A stretch of 64,000 nt of DNA from Ginglymostoma cirratum. Lineage: Eukaryota. Positions 51,401 through 63,630 of this stretch are shown here, piece after piece. How positions within the stretch are numbered: position 1 is the first letter of the stretch; each line of letters opens with the position of its first letter. The stretch covers positions 3,947,075-4,011,074 of the forward strand of contig JAHRHZ010000001.1 in the NCBI GenBank assembly GCA_024137785.1, in the 5' to 3' direction. The notes beneath the pieces are model-generated. The model had not been told where the DNA came from. It did no database searches and saw nothing but the letters and a program-made list of their open reading frames with translations. The position numbers and the translations under genes are program-made.

Positions 51401-51460
51401 ACCTTTCATGGCCTTGAGCGTTCTAGGGGGTCTTGTGGCTGGTTCAGTTGGGCCTCCTGG
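48425..51460 (-). mobile_element. Rex1/Babar-clade LINE, decayed, with APE endonuclease and RT
   Basis: SGKARGSGVCFLINTSWC, YRKSRYDLGKAIRHAKRQY, FADIFNLSLLQSEV, YCPVALT, MKCFERLVMAHI, NTGALQGCILSPLLYSLYTHDC, VESVKFLG, RFKNSFFP. Confidence 0.88.
49248..49344. mobile_element. Short rearranged Penelope-derived insert within the Rex1 LINE; 12-bp TSD
   Basis: AACTTGTAAATG at 49236-49247 and 49345-49356; both halves resemble the 52381 arm in opposite orientations. Confidence 0.75.
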
Positions 51461-51619
51461 ATGTTGGATTTATTGCCCATTCCTAGTTGCCCTTGAGAAG
51501 GTGCTGGAAGGCTGCTTTCTTGAACTGCTTCAGTCCATTTCTGATTCAACCGCTCCTTCAGACTGAGAGTTGCAGACTTCTGCTGCTCTCTGAGTGAAAA
51601 AATTCTCACCTTAAAATCT

Positions 51620-53150
51620 ATGCCATTGACCCGTGCGCACGAAGGACCCCGTGTTCATCATTACTTCCCAGGTCCTACTATTTATAGTATAATCCCTTGC
51701 ATTGCTAGTCCTGGCAGTTGCATAATCTCACACTTTTCTAAATTGATTTCCATTTGCCCACTAGTCTACGTGTCTGACTAGTTCGTTGATGATCTCCTGT
51801 AGTTTATGGCTGTCCTGACTATTTACCATCCTACCAATTTTTGTGTCATGTACAGACATCTTGATCATGTGCGCTACATTTGAGCCTGTATCATCAATGT
51901 ACATCACAAACAGCAAAGACCCTAGTAGCTAGTCCTATGCAACTCCACCAGAAATAGCCTCCAGTTGCAGAAATATCTCTGAACTATAATTCTCTACTTA
52001 CTCCCCCTCAGCCAATTTTGGGTCAGTTGGGCCACTTTGTCTTCTTAGTTTCTTAACCATCTGCCAAGAGTGACTTAGATTTTAGCAAGGCTTTCGATTA
52101 TGTAGACCACATCAAATGCATGAGTCTCATCAATACTCCTGGTTACCTCTCAAAAAATAATTGATCATATTTGTCAAACACTATCTTCGTTTAACAAATC
52201 CATGCCAATTCTCCATGATTAATCCGTGAATTTCCAAGTGCAGCAATATTCTGTCCCTCAGAACTATTTCTGATGCAAAAGTAGGGAGGCTATAATTCAG
52301 TTGTACAGTGCATTAATGAGATCACATCTAGTGTACCGTGCACAATATTAGTTTCTTTATTCAAGGAAGGAAGTAAATATAAACCAAAAGAACTATGGAT
52401 GCTGTAAATCAGGAACAAAAACAAAGTTGCTGGAAAAGCTCAGCAGGTCTGGCAGCATCCGTGAAAGAGAAAACCGTTCCGAGGAAGGGTCACCAGACCT
52501 GAAACGTTAACTCTGTTTTCTCCTACTCTTCTAAATTCCAGCAGACGCGTACTTAGCCCATATAATCTTTCCTATGAAAACCCACCCGTTCTAAGTATTA
52601 ATTCAGTAAACTACTTCCAACATATTTACATCCTTGAAGGAGAAAACAGTTCCGAGGAAGGGTCACCAGGCCTGAAACATTAACTCTGTTTTCTCCTTCA
52701 AGGATGTAAATATGTTGGAAGCAGTTTACTGGACTAATACTTAGAATGGGTGGGTTTTCTTAGGAAAGATTATACGGGCTAAGTACGTGTCTGCTGGAAT
52801 TTAGAAGAGTAGGAGTTGACTTAATTTAAACATTCAAGACTCTGGGTAGTTGCGGAAAGGATGTTTCCTGTTGTGGGAGAATCTACTTACTTCAAAACAA
52901 AAATCTCAAATCTATGATGAATGTAAGGATGATTATTTTCCCACAAACATTGTAAATCTTTGAACTTTTTCTCAAAAGATGGGGTTGCAGACTCTACTGT
53001 TTTTAAGCCAGAATTAAATGGGTTCTTGATGAGTAAAGTTGTGGAGGATAGGTGGGAATGTGGAGTAATCAGATCAGCCGTCATCTTATTGGATGGTGGA
53101 GCACGCTGTAGGGGCTCAATGCCCAATCCTGCTCTTAATTTGTATGTTTG
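51620..53150. mobile_element. CR1 fragments (minus 51620-52260; plus 52280-53150, which hosts the composite Penelope insert)
   Basis: Degenerate RT and 3'-end similarity to other CR1 copies. Confidence 0.65.
52381..52699 (+). mobile_element. Composite Penelope-derived insertion: arm, hammerhead-like core, inverted copy of target DNA, second core
   Basis: Cores at 52479 and 52652; 52520-52651 is the inverted complement of 52682-52815; AAGGAAGTAAATAT and AAGGATGTAAATAT at 52367 and 52700. Confidence 0.85.
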
Positions 53151-53287
53151 AATGTGAAACACGAGCAGACATTTTTCTTTTTTGTGTGAGATGTAGGCTG
53201 AAGATTTTTAAATAGAACAAGAAAGCACTGAATATTTTTCAGTTAACTGGGTAAAGTATTTTCTGTTCTGGACCTTTTTTCATCACT

Positions 53288-53605
53288 ATAGAATCCCTAC
53301 AGTGTGGAAACAGACCCTTCGGCCCAACGAGTCCATACCGACCCTCAGAGCATCGCACCCAGACCCATCCCCCTCATAACCCACCTAATCTACACATCCT
53401 TGAACACTATGGACAATTTAGCATGGCCAATCCAACTACTCTGCACATCTTTGGACTGTGGGAGGAAACCAGAGCACCTGGAGGAAACCATGCAGACATG
53501 GGAAGAATGTGCAAACTCCACACAGACAGTAACCCAAGGGTGGAATCGAACCTGGGTCCCTGGCGCTGTGACGCATCAGTACTAACCACTGAGCCACCAC
53601 GCTGT
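53288..53605 (-). mobile_element. V-SINE (HE1-like), near full length
   Basis: GGTGGCTCAGTGGTTAG...GGTTCGATTCC head, V-domain and tail. Confidence 0.85.
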
Positions 53606-56009
53606 CCCCTGATTTTTATGAATGTTTCATAACTTATGCATTTAATTCAGTTGCCTCGAATGGTAGCGACATTTTTAAGACTTTAATTTGAAGATAATTT
53701 CTGTATTTCACATTTTTTTTAGGCAAAGGCATTAAGATTTTGAAACTAAGGTAGGTAGACAGATGGAGTTAAGATACTAAACAACAGAACAGGTTCAAAG
53801 TGACTGAATGAGCTGGTTATGTTTTTCTTGTGATGATCCTGTGGCAATGTATGAAAAAGATAAAAGAATTGCAATGTCCATTTGTCAACTGAACACAATG
53901 GATGAAGAAAACTTTCTTTAAAGCACACAGTGTGTTTGAAGCTAAATCACAAGATGGAGAAGGACTGCAGTTAATGTCGCTTAGAAAATTTAAATAATGC
54001 AGTGAATTAATCTTGAAAGCTTCATAATTACGGAGGAAGTGAGAATTAGAAATTCAAGTCAGTTGTAGATAACTTCTTGAGTTCAGTGGCTTCAATTGAA
54101 GTGTTTTGAATGTCTTTTATGGGTGTTGATTGTGTGCAGCCTGGTAGCTACTTGCATGATAACCCACGCAAATAACAAGTGTGTCCCTTGTGGTTGAGTC
54201 TGCAGATTTGTGCAGTTTGCATGCAAATGTCTTCAATCTTTCTGAAGGTGGACTGGATTCATTTGGTTAGCTGCACTTTCCATCAATTGACAAGCTATTT
54301 TGTTTCCAATGGCCAGACATCGACCTTGATTGGATTCATGTACTTCCTGTCGGTATAGCTTGCCTGGTTGGTGTTGGCATACTTCAGTTTACATGAGATG
54401 ATGAGCATGCACCATATCAATTCCATTGGGGATGGGGTTGCTGTTCATATGGTGCACTTTTGCTGATGGATGAAGAGACCAATCTGCGAGAAGCAGGGTT
54501 TCGACCTAGGCGTTGATTGTGAAGTAGTTACTGGGTGTCGTTGTGGGGTCTGCTGTTTTGAGTATTGGTGCCTGTAGCCAAGTTGATGTTACTGATCATA
54601 CAGTCCCAAGTTGATGTCATGCTTTTCCTGTGTCATTAGCTAGAATCAGTATTGAAGACCTTCTTGTCACACCTAAGAGCGTGCATGAAGTGGAGCTTTA
54701 GTCATCTGTCTCCTGCTACCTCACGATTTTGAAAATCATATGACCATTAGAAGTAGGAACGGGAGTAAGCTGTTTTGCTCCTCAGGCCTGCTATGCTACT
54801 CAGTGATCCGACATTCCTCATGTCCACTTTTCTGTCCCTCCTGATCAAGAATCTATCTCAGCCTTAAATATCCACAAGGATCCTGTCCCCCATAGCTCTC
54901 TATGGAATGGAGATCCAAAGTGTACAATCGTAGAAGAAATTCCACATCATCCTCATGAAAATCAATTGCTTCAGATTGATGTATCCAACAAACTTGGGAG
55001 TTTGGCTTTGACTTTCTGTGAGATGATCCGAATGTGTCGCAAATTGTGTGGGCGATACTTGAACTCGCTTTCAGGTTAGCTGTGTAATATATAAAATATC
55101 ACATGCTTAGCAGGTCATCTTGCTCAACTTAAAACTGATTTTCTATTTCCTCCCTTAAGTACCCATTCTGCTTGCGGTCCTTTGCTGCCTGACTGTACTG
55201 TGGTTTGTTTCAGATTACTTGTGAATCTGCTTTGTTTTCTGGCTGTTCCCATACAGAAAGGGTATTAAAATCCTTCCAAAACAATCTAACTGTGATAAAG
55301 ACAACGCCAAAATCGACTGATTAACTAGCGATCACCATCTCCAAACTTTGACAACATTTTACTTGTAAGAATGAGATTTTGCAGCACAACGTTTTAAATA
55401 ACTTATTTAAAGCAAAGGTTTTCTGTGAAGAAATGAATTGCATTTATCCATTATGAATCTTTAAATGCTATGAATCAAAAAATAATAGTGTTTCAACTGC
55501 ACAGTTGTAATTGTTATTGCTGTGGCATATGAGACAGTGGGTTTCACTGGTGGTAAGAGAGATTGTTGCTGAAGTTTTTCATTTTGCACTCACAGCAAAT
55601 GCAATGGTGTCAATTTTCAAAAAAAAATCACACCAATTTGTACTCCATGAGCTGATCAATTTGGCAAGTTGACTTTAAGTGGACAATGCATAGCTGTGGA
55701 GAAAGTTACAGGGAAACTATAGGCTTCCCAAGTTCCCAACTATTTGAAAAAAGACCTAAGTAGATTTTACAAGGCATCATGAGTAGGTTAAGTCCAAATT
55801 ACATGTCTGATTATAACCAGCAGTTGCAAAAGTTAACGCCTATCTTCCTAGCACCAGTTTCAAAGTAAGCATGTCTATTGATCTCACAACAAACATCAGT
55901 TATTTATGGAGAGATTGTTAGTCTGTTGTTAACATTTATCATACTGACACATTATATGTGCACAACAGAAGCTTGACAGTGTTTATCATAAACGTGCTGA
56001 GGGTCTTCT

Positions 56010-56112
56010 TGTGACACAGTGATAATGTCCCTACCCCTGGACCGGGAGGCTGGGTTCAAGTCCCACCTGCTCCAGAGGTGTGTAATAACATCTCTGAACA
56101 GGTTGTTAGAAA
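56010..56112 (+). mobile_element. Short tRNA-headed SINE fragment
   Basis: B box GGTTCAAGTCC; degenerate inverse copy at about 1775-1860. Confidence 0.55.
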
Positions 56113-58814
56113 AATATTTTAATTTAAAGAAACGCAATTCCACCAACCTGGTATTATAAACAATGAATAACATAAGGGGAAGTCGATGTAGTTTAAGCGT
56201 AATCGTTACAGCTGTAGTGATCTCTTCTAGATGGCAGAGTGGAAGCAACGGAAAGAAGTATGGACCTAGGCATAGCTGGATGACACACTTCATAGACAAG
56301 CTACAATGAATGTCTGTATGATCGTGCATGATAGATAAGGGTGACGCATTGTGACAGCAGGTCTCCTTGTAAGGATATCTATAAATAGAGTGAGAGAGCA
56401 TTTACACTACAGAAATGGGTCATTTGTCTCAACCAATCTATCCTGGTGTTTTTATTCTTTATGAGTACTTTGCCTTGTGCTTTAAGCCAGTTCTGCTGCC
56501 TGTGCATTGAGATACTAGTTTAGATTAATTCTAAGCTATGGGAGGCTGTACGTACACAATTCCTGAAGCTGCTTGTTCCTTACCTCTAAGTAATGCTCAT
56601 CAGCTCCTTATGTGTTGTAACATTGATTATTTAGGTTAACAAATACAGCTGTCTAATGTAGTGTCTAAGACTTCTCCTATCACATGTTCATTCTAGACTG
56701 TATCTTTGCTTACTGGTGTCAGGGTCACATGATCATGAATCTTATTATACGACAGTGAATCTCCTTCCACCCCGGTGATTTCATTCCTTTCACCATACCC
56801 TGTTAATTTCGCACTCATGTACTTGAATATTTTGTCCTTTAAATTCATACGGTATTCACCTCAACGCTTCGGCCTGGATTGTCGTTCCACATTCTGATTG
56901 GATGGTGGAATACATTTCTTCTGAACTCCTTATTGGATTTGTTGATGACTATCTTATACTCATGACGATTAGTTTGGATTTTTGCACAAGAGGTAATGTC
57001 CTCTCTGTGTCTGTCCTACTGAATAGCATCAACATTTTCGAGATCTTTTAACAGGCTAACTTTTACTAATCTCTTTAATAGAGAACTGTAGTATTATCTT
57101 TCCTCCTGCCCCAACAGGTCTGTTAATGTGGTATTAATTTTGTGTAAATCTAAGTTTTAAAATTCATCCATGGTTTGTTGAATCATTGGCAAGGCTAGTC
57201 TTTATTGCCAATGCCTAATAGTCCTGGAGAATATGGTTGTGAAGCCCTCAGCTTAAATCACTGCAGTCCAGGTGATGCAAGCATTGTTACCCAAATTTTG
57301 CCCCCAGGCGTGCCAAAGTAAATAGCTTTGTTTGAACGGCGTTGTGACATGAAACTGATGGTGTCACCGTACACCTGCTATCGTTGTCCTTCTCGGTAAT
57401 AGAGGTCATGGGTTTGGATGGGGCAGTTGAAAGAGCCTTAGCAATTTTTTGCAGTCCATCTTGTAGATAGTACAGACTGAGTGAAGGGAGGAGTAACTGT
57501 TTAAGTTGACAGATGGTTCAAAAATATTTTCAAAATATACCGATTTAGTCTATCTTGAGTGTGAAAGCTGTATTTTCTTTTAGTCTGCTCTTGCAGTTCA
57601 GTGTAGACTACAGCGCTATTTTTGTCTCATTGCTTGTCTTTGAATCCCAGTTGTTCCTTTGACCTTCATCTACTGAATGCCTGAGATCGAGTTGTAGATT
57701 ACTTCACAGCAGAATTGCAACTGTTGTTGAAATTGAAAAACCATCTTGAAAGCATGTGGGAAAATAGGCATTAGCTCTGATATTTGATGGTTGTGCGTGG
57801 TATAATTCTTGTAATTTAACTTGCTGTGGTCCTGCTGCAAACCACTTTCCCTTTTAAACCTTTTGGTTCAAATTCCATCATCTGCCGTGGTGAGATTTGA
57901 CCTGGGCTCCCTGGAAGATTAGCTGAGTTTCTGGTCTAATAATCCAGCAATAGTACCACTAGGCCACCACCTCACCCCTTTTGGTTCACTTCTCTAATTT
58001 TTTTTCACTGTTATCTTGCAAGGAATTCTTGCTAGAGGGAGCTCCCTGTCCTGGCTTTGTTAGTCCAATGCTATTTCCTTTAAAGGATCGGCAGAGGTTT
58101 CACCTCTCACTGTCATAACTTGCTCAGTAGGCTTTCTGGCAAACATTTTGTTTGGAAGGATGTGGACCAAGCGCAGGCAGATGGGGCTAGTTTAGTTTGG
58201 GATTATAGTCAGCATGGACTGGTTGAACTGAAGAGTCTGTTTCCGTGCTGTATGACTCTGTGACCTGGGGTCAGTACATTGCCACTGCACCACAACAGCC
58301 CTCACCCCCTCCATGTTGTGTTCTGCCTTTCAGAGGTCTAAATGAACAAGCATTGGTAATCGGCTTCATCCATGTCTTATAACCATTTGAGGTTTGCAAG
58401 TGTCTCTCTCATCGTTGACTGAAACTGATTACTCAGGCCTCACCAGTATTGACTTGCTGCTAATTTGCTTTCTGAATTGTCAGTCTGTGATGACTGGACA
58501 TGGTCAGTGGTAAGTCTATTGGCATTCCCAATCTCTTTTCAGCCCAGTGCTAGCTAGCTGAAACTTCAAATGCACAGATACTTTATCAGATCCGACACTC
58601 CTTTCTTACTTTACTCAGTGTGACTCTGTCATACTCTCAAAAATCACTGGTTTCAACAACTTGCATTTATATAGTACTTTTAATGTTACCAAATATCTCA
58701 AGGTGCTTCATGGAAGTATTATCAGACAAATTTAGCACTGAGCCATAATACCTCCTTACTTTAATTAAGAAGCTGTAATATTAAATCTTAGAATTGAAAG
58801 CAGTACAATGGAAG

Positions 58815-59250
58815 TCCGTTAGATTGGTTGCTGGGATGAGAGGTTAGTGCTATGATGAGAGGCTGAGTAAACACAGTCTATACTCCCTGGGGTTTAGAAA
58901 AATGAGAGATGGTCTGATTGCAAATACAACATTCTGGGAGCTTGGCAGGGTTGAGAGGTTGTTAATGGGGAATTTAAAACATAGTCACCATCTCAGAATA
59001 AATAGGTGATTGTTCAGAGCCAAGGTGGGAAAATTCTTTACTCAAAGGGCTATGAACTTTGGAATTCTCTACCCCACAGGATTGTGGAAGTTTTATTTTG
59101 AATATGTTTAAAGCTGGGATAGACTGATCAACGGATATGGGGAGCTGGCAGATAAGTGAAATTGAAACCCAGGATCAGCCACGGCCATATCGAATGGTGG
59201 AGCAAACTCAAGGGACCAGATATGTTTTTTTTGCTCCTGTCTCTGTGTTT
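58815..59250 (+). mobile_element. CR1 LINE 3' fragment
   Basis: Similar to other CR1 3' ends in the window. Confidence 0.65.
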
Positions 59251-59548
59251 CTATACTGTATGTTTCTTGTGTTTGCCTGGAAGCAGTGTGCTATGACAAA
59301 ACAATTCAGTGATCAATCCATCAGACATTGAAAATGTGTCAACGAAATGTTTTAACTAATTTAGTTCCTAAATGGTAAAAATGTAATTCATTCGTCATGA
59401 TTTCTCCCCAAGCAATCTAAAGAATTTGCGGCTGCCACATCGAAATTTAATTTAACATTGCCAGTTAGAATGCTAGCTGCCCTGCTTTGTGAAGAGAAGT
59501 GGCATGTATTGACGCGCTTCTGAGACTCAGTTTCTTTCTATTCTGCAG

Positions 59549-59636
59549 CTACTTCAGAGTGGATCCAGTTTTTCAAAGATGCTGGAATTCCAGCCGGACC
59601 AGCTGTCAACTATGCTGTTAGCTTTGTGGACAACAG
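59549..59636 (+). CDS. C19orf47: C19orf47 orthologue, coding exon 2 (gene continues beyond the window)
   Basis: tttctattctgcag|(A)TSEWIQFFKDAGIPAGPAVNYAVSFVDN(R)|gtgggt matches the N-terminal domain of C19orf47. Confidence 0.92.
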
Positions 59637-62600
59637 GTGGGTTTCCTACTCATGGTTAAATTAGCTGGAACAAACTTGAGGCTATCTTGGAAGATTTCTC
59701 CATTAACGTTTAGATGTTCAAACTTAGTGATTTTGATTTTTTTTATGTCATCCATCAAATTGTTAGCATGCTGTTCAGATATTCAGCTGGGAGGTATTTC
59801 AGAAACTGGGCAAATTTTCCCTCTCTCTTTAGGATCCTTCTTAACCTACTTGCCCCCTCATATGTCCACCCTGTTATATTAGGACTGCTGTTATTTGAAT
59901 TCACTGTGGATGAATTCACTCAGAACAGGTGGCAACTAAGCATATCATCTTCAAACCATGCACGACAGCCCTGTAGAAGAAAAACATTGCACTGGGGGCC
60001 TATCTTACAGCTAGAACAAAATGGGAGCAACAGCATTTATGTTTCATTGCAGGAATGGAAAGGAAAAGCATGTTGCAAATTATTACTCTGTTCTTCTTGA
60101 CTTTTCAAAGGGATTTAAGTATGTTTATGAGAAACACAGGTTAAAGCCTGTTGCAGTCCATTGATGTAATAGGCTTTTCAAAATACAGATATGCAACATC
60201 TAAGAAGTACTGAGCCTACAAATTTCCATTGCTAAATATGTGGTAATGTACAGGCCCAGGGTATGGATGAAACATTTAAGAGTTACGGATAATTGCTTTC
60301 ACCTCACTAGCATCAGTTCTCGTAATTGCCTCCTTCATAAAGCTAAATTTAGCTTGCACTTAAATAATGTGTTGCTGCTGGCAGATGATCTAATAGTATC
60401 CCTGCTGATAGCTTCTGTTAGTGATTCTTTGCTAACCAACTCCAAAGGCAGTATAGCTATTGTCAGAATTCTCCATATTTAAGCCCATCAGGTTATTTCA
60501 CAAATATAATCCAGAGATTGACATGAGCAGATGATTTTATTTTTTGCTGAGGATTCACGGTGGGAACCTCTATTATGTATTATATCGATGGATCTGTATT
60601 CAAACTCTGCAGCACGAAACCTCACCGAGCTACCCTGCACTATCACTTGTATTCCCATTCAAAAGAAGTGGGTGCCCACTGCTCTTTATAATTAGATACA
60701 GGAAAGCCAAGGTTAGGTGCTGGGAATCTTGCTGTGAAATTCGATTGTTTCTTCATTATATCAAATGATGACAGAATGATAGCTGCTTGCATCATTGGTC
60801 CCCCTTACCACTTTCATGACCCCTCTCTTGTACACTATGAGTCAGGGATTTGGAATCTTTCAGTTTGTAGCATGAGGCCCTGACAAGTTAATTACTAATT
60901 CATAACGGCAAGAAGGGTCTTGGTTCTATTCCCCATTTATATTGAACCTGAGCTTGGGGTATAGTTATTAATAGCGGGTGGAAGGCTATTCAATAAATAG
61001 CAATAACAGGAACAGGAAATGTCCATTTAACCTCTCTAGCCTGGTTGGGTGTCAGTGAGATCATGGATGAATTGCAGCTAGCTCCATATTCCCTCCTTTG
61101 CCCCATATCCCTTAATACCTTTGGTTAATGAAAGTATAGCCATCACGGCTTTATACTTAACAATTGACCTAGCATTTACACATTAGAGAGTTCCAAACTT
61201 CTGCCGTCCTTTGTGTGTAGAAGTGTTTCCTAACTTATGAAATTTTTAAGCCAATCATCTTAGACTTGCCAAATAGCAGGAGTTTTTCTTCATCCCTTGA
61301 AAATTGATTAAATCATCCTTAACCTTTTAAAATTCATGGAAGAAAGGGAGATTAGATGTAGGCGTCAGGGCTTAAGAATAAGCAAATTGAGATTTTTTTT
61401 TTCTCTCGGGGATTGTTAGTCTGTGGAATTCCCTTCCCCTGTAGAGTCTGGGGTCATTGAATTCAGTCAAAACTGAGGTGGGTAGATCTTTGCTAGACAA
61501 GAGATTTGAGGGTTATTGGGACAGACAGCAAAGTGGAGTTGAAACCACAACCAGTGCTGTTATGTTCTTATTGCTGAGAAAACATGAAGAGCCAAATAGC
61601 TTACTTCGGTTTCTAAGTCCTATGTTATGTTTCTATGAGTACAAATTTACTTTGTGTAATCATGTCTCAGAGTCCTGTTATCATTTATGCTGTGCTCTGT
61701 CCGAGACCATTATATAATATTTCCTCACCTCACACAGCAACTAGCACTTCCTAAATAGAGTAGAGCATAGGCAGGACAAATGTTCTTATCCAAAAATGTG
61801 CCTAAAAAGCAACTCCCAAATACTCCTCACTACGCCAATGCAACACTTCTGATTTCTCACTCTAGTTTTTTCAATTGAGTTGAAATCTCAAGCATGGAAG
61901 GAGACCATTTTGGGTGTTATATCTATATTCCTTGAGCAATTCAAAACGATCTCACTGATCTCTCTCCCTGTAAACCTGAATCTTCCACTGCTTCGAATAT
62001 TTTATCCAATTTCCCTTAAAATATACAGTAATCTATCCCTCGGCTCTCCCCTATGACAAAACATTCCTTGCAGCAACATCCTGTGTGCAAAACACTTTTC
62101 CTGTTCTCTTCTCACTCCCCTGTAGAATTTTTAATGGTGCCGGAGAGTTAAGTAGCAGATGGCTTCATTGATTAAATTACTGGGGGCGTCTTGTGATATA
62201 AAGAACTGTCTTGTTCAATGATGAAGGCATTGAACTAATTAATTAGCAAATAAAGTTGTACAAGAAAGCAATTTCTGTCTCTCACTAGGGTAGAGTTACA
62301 TATCGCAATCTATCTTTAAATGTACCAGGTAATTTTTGATTTGATCTGAAATGGTTTTAGCAGTCTCCTGTGTTAATTGGAAAATTGTATGAATAACTGC
62401 TTCAACTCATTAGACAACCCATATTTTGCAGTCCAAGCATTTGAAACCAGTGGAGACAAAAGCAAAGATCTTTAGAAAGCTGCCTGTCCAAATCAGTAAA
62501 ACAGTTCTCCCACCTAAAGTCTCAAGCAGCGAGTCAAAAAGAGCTTGTTGAATTCACAACATATTTACAACATTTTTGCTCATTGAATTACTGGTAGCTC

Positions 62601-63005
62601 TGCTTTGTAAGGGTAATTAACCCATTATAGATATCATATGAAAACAAGAAATAGGAGAAAGAATGAGCCATACAGCCCTTGAGCCTGTTTACTCTTTCAA
62701 AACAACAGTGCTGACATTCTATCTCAACTCAGCTCTCTTAGTATTCATTGGTTTCTTTATTGTCCAAAAAACTATTAATCTCGATCTTGAACACCTACAG
62801 TCCTTTCCAAAAATCCACCATCCTCTGACCAAGAAATTTATCTTCAAATCAATCCCAAATGGTTGTCTCCTTGGCATGAGTCTATGACCTCCTGTTCTAG
62901 ATCATGCAACCAGAGTAAAGGGCCTCACAGCATTTTTCCAATCAAGGCTGTTAAAACTGTTACACATGTCCACTTCTCATTATTCTAAACTCCAGAGATG
63001 ATTGG

Positions 63006-63086
63006 AGATAACAAACATGGGGCTGGATGAACACAGCAGGTCAAGCAGGAAAACTTGACGTTTCGGGCCTAAACCCTTCATCAGAA
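63006..63086 (-). mobile_element. Single-arm Penelope-derived short element with intact hammerhead core
   Basis: Minus-strand CTGATGA-AGGGTTTAGGCCC-GAAAC-GTC at 63057-63084; ATGATTGG duplicated at 62998 and 63087. Confidence 0.85.
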
Positions 63087-63524
63087 ATGATTGGCTTGTT
63101 CTATACAATGTCTCCTCATTGGCAGTCCCCTCATGTCAGAAAACCGTCCAGTGAATCTTTGTTGTACCCTCTGTAAAAACAAGGATATCTTTTCTTAAAT
63201 AAAGAGACCAAATGATCAGGATTCACTTTGCTTACATGAGCAGAGTACAAAAGTATACCTTCCAGTTTGCAGATACAACACTCAGCAATTGATAGAGATG
63301 AAAGCAGCACCACTGACAGCAGCACCAGTGACGTGTAAGGTATTCTGCATCTGGACTACTGTGTACCGTACTGGTCATCTTATTTAAAGAAAGATTTCAT
63401 TGCTTTGGAGGCAGTTCAGAGAGGCTTTACTAGACTAATATCTGGATTGAGGGTGTTGTCTTATGAGGGAACGTTGGACAGCCTAAACTTTTATTTGCTG
63501 CAGTTTAAGAAAAGTCAGAAGTAA

Positions 63525-63630
63525 CATGACACCAGGTTATAGTCCACAGGTTCATTTGAAATCACTAGCTTTCAGAGCGCTGCTTAATCGTCAGGTGAAG
63601 TGAGGTCCAACACTGGCACCTCCACATCAT
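63525..63630 (-). mobile_element. Short element of the third family with a degenerate hammerhead-like core
   Basis: Minus-strand CTGACGA-TTAAGCAGCGCTCT-GAAAG-CTA; shares caccaggttatagtcc...ctccaca with 29124-29239; interrupts a CR1. Confidence 0.55.

Noticed and set aside
54130-54730. Possible additional retroelement fragment in C19orf47 intron 1
   Set aside because: Composition suggests a decayed element, but I could not read a convincing protein motif.
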